From NCBI GenBank assembly GCA_002633005.1, contig NMRA01000024.1:1414780-1478779 (forward strand): a stretch of 64,000 nucleotides of DNA, in the 5' to 3' direction. Below, piece after piece: positions 39,643-52,700 of this stretch; within the stretch, counting starts at the first letter, position 1; each line of letters starts with the position of its first letter. This DNA is from Phoronis australis. Lineage: Eukaryota; Animalia; Phoronida. The notes below the pieces were generated by a model. The model did no database searches. It saw only the letters and a list, made by a program, of their open reading frames with translations, and had not been told where the DNA came from. Both the position numbers and the translations under genes were made by a program.

Positions 39643-40748
39643 CAACTTTCGTTGTACTCGACGTCACGTATCCCTTAGTGCAGTGCAGTAGATCAAACCA
39701 CACACTTTAGCATTTTCTATAGAACATCGCAGCCTACCATCACATTTTCATGCCAAACTGTTGCCTCCGACTTGGAGTAACTATCGATTGTTTCTTGCCC
39801 ATGCTTGTATGGGGGGAGGGGGATGGGTGTTTAAGCATGTTATCAAGTATGTTGTGTGTTACTACATGTCTAAATGCGGTTTCTATGGCTGTATTGTAAA
39901 ATAGGTTTGAATCGACTACAAACTTGTGTTCTGTCAAAGAAACTAGAGTTATATATCACTGCAATCTCAAATTGTTCTTAGCTCAGGTGAGGAGTGGTTT
40001 CTGGGCATGGAAAAATTGACAGGCAGTATTGACTGAGACCATGCCTGGCACATAAAATGGCCGCCAAAACAAACCATTGTATGAACTGTCAATTCTTTCC
40101 AACTGCTTAAATCACGTCTAATTTAAACAAGGAACAGTTAAATACCAATTTGGTTCATATCCAAACTTTGGTTTTGTGATGAAAGGTGACTTTATTGCAA
40201 CTTTAAGACCTGTCTCCAGCGTAACTTCGCTCTCACAAAGATTATTGGAGTAGATCAATTGTATGCTGGATGTTTAGTGGCTAATGAGTCAAACTATCAA
40301 GGTCAAATGTCCGTCAATAAGTTGACCCTTTCTTCTATGAAGCTTTTTGAAAACCACTGTTGTCTTTGAGTTCGCCCAACTCTGATAATTACCTCATGGC
40401 CCAGGGTATGATCTTTGAACTCAGACTCGACTCTGACTGGAGACTTAAGATCTATTTAGTTGCATGATTTGAGTATTTGAGTGCAAACCTGTAAGTTCAC
40501 TTGAAGTGTGCCATGATAGTGTTTATTAATTCTGAGTTTTGTGTATAGAGATTAGATCCTAAACCCAGATGTCATAATTTCTCAGTGGCACCTGATCACC
40601 ATAGTAACAGCAGATTACGTAACTATTAAGAAGGTGCAAGGCAGTTTCTGGATGCTATACATGCAGACATAAACTATTGTATGTGTCTGAGAGCCAGCTC
40701 AATTGGACTTGTCTTGCCAATGTACTGAGCATCAACGACTTATTTCAG

Positions 40749-43700
40749 AGAGAGCCCTTGCAGTTTCCCCTGGAGACCGACAGTTTGGACGATGTATCCA
40801 GGGAGTTGATGCTGCACATAAAACAGGTATGGGCGGCATTGACACTGCTGCATGGAAGTGATATTGTTTTTCTACAATTGATATTTTGAGGTAGTCTGTA
40901 AAGAAAACAGATGTGCATAAATCCATCTGTTTTCATGTTTGTGTTATTATTTTTATGTATGTTCAGTAAAATTTTGACAATTTAGGGCAGTAGCGGACGG
41001 CCAAGTGAGATTTTTATCATTTTATTCCTTAAGAGATATATCACATCAAATTGTTGCTTTTTCATGCTCAAGTTCTGCACAATAGCTAGATAGTATTTTG
41101 ATAAAAATGTGGGCATTCACATCATAATTGGAAAGAAATTGAATAATCAGCGCAAGTACTTCGTGTTCAATGTTTTGCTTTAATCGCTAAAACATTATCA
41201 AGACAATAAACCTGATGCACTCAACAGTAGGCATAATATGGCCAGAGAACATAACAGAGATAAGCTCTGTAAAAAGCCTTTGTCCATTCAGGCTAGCAAA
41301 GCTGCTCATTCTCTCAATCAGCAGCAGAACTCTTTTACCTTGATTGCTGTTAGGATGTACATTGGTCTATTGTCTTGATAATGCTTTAGCGATTAAAACA
41401 AAACGTGGCACATGAATCTCTATGTAGATGCGCTGATTTTGAATTTCTTGCTATGAATTGGCCAAAATCTGATTCAATCTACGTAGTTAGAAGCCCTTTA
41501 AAAATGAAAAGAAGATATTTTTTTGCAAAATTGTTGCATAAGAAGTTGGTGAGATTTTGTCACAATGTATGTAAAATCTCTCAATCTCGATTAATTTAAG
41601 GTTCTTTGCCGAATCAGGGTTTGAGGAAACTTTTGTCGCACTTTGGTTCTTTAAGCTTTTGTTATGTAGTACTCTTGACAGTAGTGACCGTTGTGCCCCC
41701 TGGTGACTTTATTAATTAAAGTGCCCCCAAACGCCATTTTGGTTGTTTGACATAAAATTGCCTTGGTGTCATTATACAGTGCATTTCAACACTTTTATAG
41801 CACAGTATTATAGAGTTGTTCAAAGTCAAGAAAACACGACAAAGGCATCGGTAATGATACATTCGTGCCTCCTCATGTGGTACAATAAAGCTCCTCAATT
41901 CAAACGGAAATATTTCCGAAAGTTGTCATTCTTCCATTTTTTTCTATAACACACTGGATTGTTAAAAGTGCTCAAATTTCAACATTTATTGATGACGGTT
42001 GCACAGTGTGAACTGCGCACATTTTTAAGCAAAGTTTGCTTCCTGTTCACTTTTCTTGAAATTTTTAATTGATGACGTATTGTGCTCGATTTGAATGAAC
42101 TTCTAATTACTTTTCCACAAGGCCATTTTTGTTTATATTTTTTTTCTTACCAACATTTTGTTAATTTGAGGGAAAAACAGACAAAATGTATTAGTACGAG
42201 TTTTTCAATAATCACCTTCAGAATAGAAACCACTCGAACGCAACTGTCTGTTCCCATGGGTGTGTCCAGTAAGGATTTCCAATCAGTGCCCTGTTCACAA
42301 CAAAGGCTTCATTGTTGATCCTCAAAATCTCTGCAATACAGTAAATACATGTGTGTGTTCTCGTCGTTGAAGGTAGCTGAAAAGCTGTTGTACCACTGGA
42401 AGACATTTCCTATCAACCTCCCACCCTCTGTTGTGGATGCAGAGAATGGCGAACGGGTATGTCTTCGTGAGATTGCTCATCTTGCTTTGCTGTAGTTGGG
42501 ATTTGGGTGTCATGGGTTGTAGTTTGAGCAGATAGAGCCAATCTTTTGTACTTTCATATTTCTGCCATCGTCATCAGCTGTGGGGGTCTCATCTTTTTCT
42601 TCAAGGAATTAGAAAATAAATATTTTTTTGCGTTTCAAGATAAAAAACTATTATGCTAAGTGGAATTTCTCACGTAATGCTCTAGAGCTCAGAACCCTCT
42701 GACATTGTGAAATATGAATCATAAAATTCTACCATTCATGGCTTGACACTAATTGTTGCCCGACGACTCAACAGCAGATATCTTTTGCTGTCGAAGTTTC
42801 AAAAATGGTGTGCTCCGAAGGGCTAGTTGATTTAAACAGTTAGTGAATTTGTATTTGTATCCAGAACTGAAACGAAACAAAACAACTTGCAATTAATGTA
42901 ATTGTTGATTTGAAAGGCTTACAACTTGAAAATTTGGGCTAGTGAGTTTTCGCATTAAAGAAGTGAATTGTTTTTGTTTGCCTTCCCGATATGCAAGCTA
43001 ACGAAAAAGTTCGTGTCAAACCCTGCTACTTGGAATTGGTGGGAAAGATGCGCAAGTGATCATAGTGTACCTTAGTATGAATGCACCAGTCTGTAAATGT
43101 TCACTTCCTGTCCATTACTGAGTCCCTGAATGAGGGGACTAAGGTAATTGAAGCTAAATGTACGGGGGTTAGGAAAACATAGGTGTGCCTACATGGTACT
43201 CTAGGCACAGTTTGTACTGTGTGATGAATTTTCCCAATCTTCCTAGATGACTAAATGCATTTATCTCAGTGAAATTTCTCACTTTAAAGAGCTCTTATGG
43301 CATGATGCAGTTGCATTTCTCTACTGTCTACCGTTTCCTTGCAGGAAGGTATCTCGTTTGAGCATCTGTTTAAAGCCCCAAATTTTGATGAACTTGAGGA
43401 AGTAGCGATTGGTGCCAATGGTCACCTGAAGAAACTTAATGACAAACAACTCCAGGATGTGTGGAACGCTGGGTAAGAGGTAGACAAATAAATGTTGTCC
43501 TCTCTGCCATTCAAAGGCTTCAAAAATGTCTACACCGATCAAGCAACAAATAGGTGTACATACACTGATAATGAGACAAGTTCCTCCTCACTGTGTCCAT
43601 TAATACCATGCCTTGAAGCTTTGCTATTTCAAATAGCCTCAAAAACTGACTTTATAGCTAAGCTATCGGACATCAAGTTTTTTTCAAATTATGCACCCCA

Positions 43701-46700
43701 TGAGCTGATTATTGTATGAGAGGGTTGCTGTAATTTTAGAACCCGCAGTTTGCTGCGAATTTTTCAGGTGAAAACAAAAATGGCCTGGAGTTGAGAGATA
43801 ATGGAGAAAAGCATGTTAATGACTTGAAAAGTCATAGTTTGGGAGAGAAATCAATGAGGAAAAAGGATGAATGTAAGGAGTATGTAATTTGTTGCCAGAA
43901 AGTTACACTATAGGATGTGTGGCTGAGGCTGTCAAAGCTTTGCTAGTGTGACTTGACATAAGGTGTTTTATCATAGATTGGTAGGAGACAGTTTATGTAA
44001 GGCATTTTTATGAAGAGACCAATTTGTGTGTTGAAAACAAATAATTAAAATTAAAAGTTAAGATTTTTTTGTTTTATTTTTGTTTTATATTTCATTTGTT
44101 GCGGTGTTCAGGAGGAGGATAACTTTCTGTGCATTGCAGGATACCGCTTTATGTAAGGCATTCTAGACATTGCATTTGGTTAGATGTTTCTTGGGGCCAC
44201 GGTATAGCCCTTCATGCATTTCATCTGGAGATATTGTAACTGGAATTTCCTGGAGAATCGGACAATCCAGTAGAAATTTTTGCATATGATGCAGCTAAAG
44301 AACTATGTTAGGGTCTTAACGAGAACAAAAACTAATTTAAATTGGTAATGTACCGCTTTTTTCGTTAACAGAACATGGAGTTTGACATTTTTGTCATTAT
44401 GACAGCAGTGTTTAAATCTAGCGATTCACCATGTTTCATGCTATGGTTAGATATTAACACGATTGGCACGATTATGAGTGTAAGGATTTTAGACCTACAT
44501 TTTTAATGACTCTATTCAAAGCATCTTCATAATGTTTGTCGTTGTGTTCAAGTTATGTGCTCATAAGTTTGAGGTCAAAATAAGTTCACAGCTTTGCACC
44601 TTGCCGTTTTGTACACAGCAACCTGTAGTCAGAGAGATCCGTGAAGAATCCTGTTTTCTGGAGCGTGTTGTCAAAACGAAGTAACCTTTTCCTGTGGTGT
44701 GGATTTATGAAAAAGAATGTTTAAGTTACTTGACCTGATTGTGTGAGATGCCATTCTTTGTTGCTGTAGTGAGTTTGAAGTGGACAGCATCCACTTTCCC
44801 GGCCAAGTCCACAGATGGCGCCTCACTCAACTCCTCCAGAAAGGCAGCAAAAGAGCCCACGAACAATTACTGAAGGTGAGGTGTATTGTGTGAAACACGG
44901 GCACACAAATTTCTCTTGACACAACTGCATGTTAAGAAACATTACAGTGAGTGTTGTTGCTAGTGATGGAAACGAGGAATAAGTTCAAAGGGCCTGCGGT
45001 GTGAAACATCTCCAGTGAGCTCCTTCAGGTGACTAATGCCCAGCTCACAAGTGACAGACTTGAAGTATTTTGATGCCTCTTTAAGAAGCGATAATGGATG
45101 AGTTGGCGATATCTTGACCATGTTTTCCGTATTTATGTCAGATATACGAGATGATCTGGAGAAAATCTTTGGCTCATAGGGGTTTGTTTCAACTTTTTTT
45201 CTCGAAAGCGTCCAGTTAGGATCTTTTTCAGGTTCTGTCATGGTATTTGCTATGTTGTTGTGTGTGAGTGAATATCACTTTGTATGCTCATTATTGTTGA
45301 CAGGATGCCTCGTTTTCACTGCGCCTTTTGATTATCACGGCAAGGAACAGGTTCTATTCGCACTTCTTCAGCGTGTCCGAATCCATCCGTGGTCTGGGCA
45401 GGGGGCTGTGGAAACTACTCGGTAAGTTCAGTAACATGTTCCATAAACTTTTTGGAGACTAGATTTTTGTTGTTTGGGAGACTTTTGTGCAAAATGTGCG
45501 ACAAGAGGGTTGTGCGTTTTCGAATTTGAAAAAGCATCTCATGATGCCCTTGCTGTCAGCTGACAGAGACATCTTATGTAAATGGCAATGACTAACTTAG
45601 TTAAGAAAGGATTTTACTTTTTCTTTGCCACTCAAGTTTAGAAACATCTCTTTCCTGTGTGCAGCAGTTGGTTTGCACAAAAAGTTGCAAAGTATCATTT
45701 GGTACCCAAAAGGTAAACATTAAATTGGTAGAATTCTGAACCAACTTAAGGTGCTTAGTAAAACGATCTCTGTATATTTGGGTATTGTATCATTTTGTCA
45801 TTGAGCCATGCACGGGGTGTATTATAGACCTGGTCATTGGTATGCCGTCTACTACTCCTGGCAACATCACAAAGAAGATACACGGTGAAAGGACAAAGTA
45901 CTTAGTGGCTGAACTGGATCTCAAAGTAGGTTTTCTTAACGTGTCAGCCTTTCAAAAATTTTTTATGACTTAAACGCCAAGTGATTTGTGGAATTAGGAA
46001 TGAAACTGATGACCGTTATATGCATAGGATGGTAGAAGTTTTGTAGTAAGGGCAGTCAACGACAAGCATATTCTACATCCGCTGGGGTTTGAACAGGCTT
46101 AGTAAGAAAGAGATTTAGCGAAATGAAACCATGCAGGTAGCAATCTGTAGATTGCATTCAGCACCCTTACTGATCAAGAAGACGGCATTAAGCCAATTAT
46201 CTGCAAAATGTTTGAGTTAATGCCAATGAAAGTATAAATTTTCTTATCATATAAAGTATGTAGAATAATCGATTTTTGACTTTTAGGTCTATCAATTGGG
46301 TCACCTGAACTTGTCTTTTTTGGTACCAACTGTTGCTGAATCTAAACGTTTAAAGTGAAGTCATAAAAATGTTACATATTTAAAGTTTTTATTTTGTTTT
46401 GGTTTGAGTTTTTTATAAAACATAAAAATCCTAGTGTTGCTATGTTTTGATAGTCTCTGGCTCAAAAGTGGAACATTTCATATAAAATTTCTGTATTTAT
46501 TTTGTTTTGGAAAACTGTACAAAAATGATATCTTGTGAAGTTTCATTGCTGAGATATGATGCCCTAAACTTAGCCAAATTTGAACATTTTTTCATGGTCC
46601 CACGTAACTTCAACACTTTTACTCTGTCCAGAGTTATTATCACAAGCGTTAACTGTGATATGTAAATCGTCTCAAACTCGTTTAATAATAAATTTATTCC

Positions 46701-49700
46701 AGTTTCAAGTTACACTGGCCTCCGAAAACATGCATAATCTCACTTCGGGTGATGTACAAAGCCATGTAGATATTTGATGTCATATATGTTAGACAATTAT
46801 CTAGTATCTTGTTGTCGCTGGTTTTGTAATGTAAAGTAATGTACTATTTGCATGTAGCTAGATGGTTCCTTCTTGTTTTAAGCCAAGCTCACAGCAGGAG
46901 TGGAACGACTTCTGCGAATACATCAAGGACAAGTGTAGTATGTTGGTGATGGAGAAACACAAGGTGAGGCTGCCTCGGCCATGACAGAGCCATTGCTATG
47001 CCCCTTGAACCGCGAATAATTGTGTAATGAACGTAGAGCTGTCTGTTCTCAGTCAATGTCAACTGGGCCGTTGTGGTCTGTGTACTATTTATAATACAAT
47101 AATCGATGATCGCTGTTTTGTTAGTGGGTAAATAGGGTATTGTACTGTTACTAGTTCTGTAATGACACTGTGGTATCTGTGGGATTGATATCATTTCCTG
47201 CTCACAATGTATTACAGTTTGTATTTTCTCTTAAGTTCTTACCAATAGAAGTGTAAAAATGACCCGCTTCCTCTTTACGGTCTCGAATTTCAGCCATTGG
47301 GGGATTATTACATGGTTTCTGCTACTTTAACATTGTTCCTGTCGTAAATAATGTCACTGACACTGCGTGAAGGTGGCAACCGTCATTTTATTTTCGTTTT
47401 GAATTGAATTCTGAAGCCAGAGCACATGACAGCTCCCACCTTACAATTCATGAATAAAGGATTAGTCAAGTAATTTCCAAACATGAACGAAAGGGAATAA
47501 AGACTGTCAATAATGAAAAGTGTTGTGTGTTTAATCAATTTTGCTTATCTGAAAACTTGCTCCCGAAGTGCAGCCGTATATTATGATAATAAATAATGTG
47601 TAGTAACTAGCAGTTATGTTCTAAAAGACTTTGTACTGTATAAGATTTAATTATTTTTCAGAAATAGTGTCTTAGAAACGGACTTCTGGACAAATCAGCC
47701 AATATATTTGCTTTGATTTTGCATTTTTATTAGTCTGAAAAGACAGATTCAAAACTGTTTTTCATGTACAAAATTGTTCTCTTAATTTCCTTAATCGTGA
47801 TAACACTTTTGTGTCTGTTGCCACGAAGAAAATACGGAACAACAGAGTAAGTCTCGAAAAATCACTGCGACTGGTCAGTCCTTCCAAACTTTGATTGCTT
47901 TTGTTGAATTGCAGTACGGTCATCTTGCCAACTGAATGAAGATTGTGGCACTATCATTGCAAGCTAATTTTTAAGTCCTGTTTGATAAGCGTAATTTGCA
48001 TATTCTTAATTTCACCTGTGATCAGTAATTATTGGTCTGGAAACTAAGGTACAGATTTTAACATGCTGTAATTCAGCGTCAAAAAACGCTAACTTGGTTT
48101 AGGGGGTTTTCTGTTATGAAAATGGTCTCACCATCTTCCTTACATAGGGTGAAGGAAATCAATGGGTTTGGGATGAATTGAATTTAGTTACTGCTTGAGG
48201 CTTGGATCATCATGTTGGATTGTGGAACCATTATTCCTTAACATTTGTTGCTGTATTGTTTTGGCAGACGATCAATAACCATGACCTTGACCCGCCTAGC
48301 GTGCCCTACCTGTACCAAACCCCAAATGGACAAGACATAGATCTGAGACTGCTCAACAAAGGTTAGCTGCCATACATTTAGTTGTCATTCGTAGCTTAGT
48401 CACTTTAGTGTGAGCTTTGTGTAATAGTAAAGGTGTGATGGATGGTCAATCAAATTGTAATCGGATTGCGATGCGAGAGCGCCCGATATCGATACGCCAA
48501 GGCCCATTTCGATTCGATTTTTAGTTCTAGTTTTCGCGGTTATGTGTCTTACAATGTTACAATTTTTTGTATCGTTCTTTTGAAAAGTATTATTGAGATC
48601 ATTTTGATCAAATAAATAGCTCGGGGGTAATTGATTAGTTGGACTCTTATCGTATTTAATGAATTTTTGTTGCTAAAATTGGTATGAGTGGTAAATTAAC
48701 TACTTATTGTAGAATAAATGAATTAAGCTCACAAGCAAGAAAGAAATCAAAAATAACCTAATTCCTCTCAAAGAAACCTGGAATCGAATTCTAAAAATAC
48801 ATCATAGTCCTATTCAATAAGGATCTCAGTTCCACAATAATCTCCTGTATCCTTAAATTCATGTAGTTATATTTCTTGCAATTTTACAATGAAAAATGGT
48901 TAGGAATAGTTGGTTACTCACTTTGGAAAACTTAGCTGTTTTATTGTTATTTTGACATTTTATACTCTTGTAGTGTTGCAAAGACGATGTCAAAGTGAAG
49001 GTTTCATAGAGTGTGTAACATGTTGGTGTCCTTTGAAGAAATCTTAATGCTGCGTCTTTCATATCCCTGTGTCCCATATTCCGTTGTTTCTTATTACAAG
49101 TCGTCTTTTCCTGAATTTTTTTGATAAAAACATGTATTATTGCTCTTATAGTCTTTCATAAAAAGTGGATAAAGGAGTTGTTCAACAAGTCAAGGGAGTA
49201 GTATCATTTTCAGAGTTAACATTTGGCTTTACACAGTGACCCTGTATGATTATGTGTTCAGACGATGTCTCACAGTCTGAGCCAGTGAAGTCATTAAGAG
49301 AGTTAGAGTAGGGGGAGAATTTTAAAGTGAAGTTTCAGCATCAAGGTTGTATAATGTGCCTTGAAGTGCTTCCCTTCAGCCTTGGATGCTATGAAAATTG
49401 GCAAGTTGTTATTTTACAAACTGCCCAAAATCTCAAGTGTCGCATTTGCAGGATTCAGAGTGCACTTACAAGTTCTAGCTTGCGAAATGGTGCGGACAAA
49501 AAAAGCAAGTCAAGTGTTTTTCTGCACTTGCTTTGTCGACTCTAAGGTGACTAATTCTGTCAGGGTATTTTTAAAATACTGAGTTTCACATGGTTTGCCT
49601 CTTATGGGGGGAAGTTTGAAAAAAATTTGTTCAAAGAGTTAGAATTCTCAAGTCGCACACGTGCAACTAAGGTAAATTGGCCAAACTCTCAGTTCACATT

Positions 49701-52700
49701 TCCATAGTTTGACCTGCTGCTCATTATGTTAAGCCTGGTCTTTGATTAAACAACTTCGGCACTTGCTCTTTGAGAACTGTTGTTCCTCCAAGATATGTTT
49801 CTATGGTTCCTCTTTCTTGAATTGTGTGTTTACTCCATTGCTCTTCAGACCTCCTTCACAAGTGTACTGACATCCTGGAGGTGATCCTGGACCGTGAATC
49901 TAAAGGCTGGCTAGTGCAATACAAGAACAGGCTGTTGGCGGAGATCAAAGCCGGTTAGTGAACGGGTGGCTGTGCCTCACAGAGGGTGCTGCTGCATGGG
50001 CCACATCATGGTGTGAATGGTTTAATATATTTAAAGAGCAAGTTTTGCCTACTTCCATGAGGGAAAGTTGATGTTTCATTTTTGCATTGCATGTGTGTGA
50101 ATGGTAATACGTTTTGCTTGAATGTGCATGCAGCTGTTTCTGATAGCTTTCGAAAAATTTTGAATATATTCCGAAATAATTCTGATTTTAGGCCAAAGCA
50201 ATGACAGAGAATAGATGGAAAGCATTTTGGCAATACAGTATTTTTTGACTCACTTCTTTTTACAGATAACAAGACAAAAGATGACATTTCTGACATACTG
50301 AACAACTCTGTTATGGAAGAGTACCTTAGACGTGTCTACACAGCCATTCTGAACAGTGCTGAGTTAGAGGCGTTACAAGCTGGAACGGGTAAGTCAATGT
50401 GCCTGTCAGTAAACTGAGCAGCGCCACCTGGAGTTTTAAAAACGAGTTGGATCACTGCCACAACTGATGGTCGTTTTCTGGATGGATTGGAAATTTTGTT
50501 GTATCTATTTTTGATGAGACATGCTGAAGTAATGTTCTACATTTCAACCTTGTCGAGAATTAGGCATTTAATCATTTGTTAACTTGTATTAGCATTAAGG
50601 AGGTAGAAAACAAATGCCTTCATTGGACATGACCTTTTCATGATCTCAAAAAATCCTGCAGATGAGAAGAATTTAATGTGGTTCAATCCATTTGTTCCAT
50701 GAAATGAGTTTAATTTTATGGATTAGTAATTGTCAATAATTTAGCTCTTATTGTCTATGGTAAAGAAGCTGCTATCCAGACTTAGTTTCATAATCAATGA
50801 TAAGATGTCTCCCTCAAGTTTTAACTGGGGGAATATGCTGCAGGTTGTAATCTTACCTACTGCTATGCATAAATAAATTCATCTCTAGTTTGTGATTGGT
50901 TAATTTGTGTAACAGTGTTGCACTTCATGTTACAGGCATCCTTCTGGTGCAGCAGGCCAAGTCAATCATGGCCATGATCCGAGCTACCACGAAAATCCGC
51001 AAGAAACTGTATAAATACAAAACTGAGGTAACATTTTAGATTATGGTAGTTCTTCTCACCTATTTAGCATAAAATATGCTGAACATGTGAAGTTTCATTT
51101 TGTCATATCTGTTGACTAAAATAAAGATTAGCTTTGTTTGCAATGTGTAGTAATGTCGAACAGCAACAGATGCTGATGGTAAATTTTTAATTATCTGAAG
51201 TAAGCACGTCAACCTTAGATAAATAAAAAGAAGGACTATTTTGGCGATTAATGTTGTGCATAATTAGTGAAGAATCGCCGCACTTTTTATTGTAAGATGA
51301 ACTTTCTGCGCATAACCACTGCTACTAATTAGCCAATATCGGACCACTAAATGACGAATAGCACATTTGTCACTTGTGGACTAGTTTCTTTTTGTTCTTT
51401 CAAGTTATTGGCCTTTTACAATGAAGGGATATTGAGGTGCTCCTTTGAATTAAGTTTAATGTGCCAGAAATTAGAGAAGGCATGACTCCAGTTTTTCTTC
51501 ACAAGTGCAGAAATGGTCTTGACAGAAAATGCTGAATGAAGTGACGGTCGGTATGCGTAGGATACATGATGACCTGAGACGGAATTTCTTCTTCCTATAT
51601 TTTGTCTACTCAGTTATGGATGATGCACAAGACAGCTTAAAGGTTAATTTAAAAAGTCTGTGCGATTATTTGTTGATAAAAAGCATGTTACGATTTAATA
51701 AGCAGCTTAGTATTTTAATGCCTTCTTTTAAGCAAGAAATGCTATTTCGAGCTTCAAAAGTGGTACCCTTATAATAATACAGGGGTGCTCTTCTCTTCAG
51801 CTGTCTTCAAGCTTTGAAGCCTTGAATCAATATAGGTGGCCCCGCTCTTCAGCTGTGTGCTGGAGAATTGCTGTTCTGTAGGATAGTTATCAATCAGTAC
51901 ACTTCTGTTAAATGACTGAACGCAGTGTTGTGGAAAGACATGGTGGATTTTTAACTGCAGTGTAGTAATTTCACCTGTTATGGTGGTGTGTGTGTGTATC
52001 TTGTGAAAACAATAATTCTCAGTATTTTTGTTTCGTCAGCTGATGCTACGGCTGCAGAAGGACTATCCTGTGAAGTCAAAGATAATACCTTGGATGAATG
52101 AACAATTAGAAGCTTTTGAGGTAGTGTGTCACAGTCTTTATGATCGTTTACTTTGTTCCAATAATCACAGTTGGTAGCAAAAGGTGAACATTGAACCTGC
52201 ATACATTTGAATTTCTTCGATTAAGTTGAATTTAATTGGTGTCGGTTCCTAACAATGTCTGAATCATAAATTACAATAAATATTATGTGGTTGAAAACTT
52301 TGAAATTTATTTCTTTGTGATTATTTAAAAAATCTTGTTTTATTTCATCTGCACGAAGTCTGGATAGAATTTGTTTTGTGTCATTTTCGTTTTACTTTGT
52401 GCCATTTTTCTTTGCCTTCATATCAGTTTGATTAAAATAAGGAAAAAGTTCATTATAAAAACAAATTGTGTCTTTCTAATATATTCAGGTTCACTTTCGG
52501 TATTATTTTATGGCCATTACCATTGATAACCCTTGCATGTTTTTTTGTAGGAGGATTTTCTTGCCCAGAACCTGTGGTCTGCTCATGAGGACTCTATCGC
52601 GCTGTGTCGAGAGCAGCGGCTCCACCAGGCAGTTTACTTCTTGTCCAGGGATCTCAACTTTATGAAGGAGGTTAGTAAAGTATTCTGTTACCAGGGTCAG

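Noticed and set aside
51028-52550. Additional exon of the large gene in this intron
   Set aside because: Candidates such as 51801-51835 have the wrong phase; flanking exons already join in phase 0.
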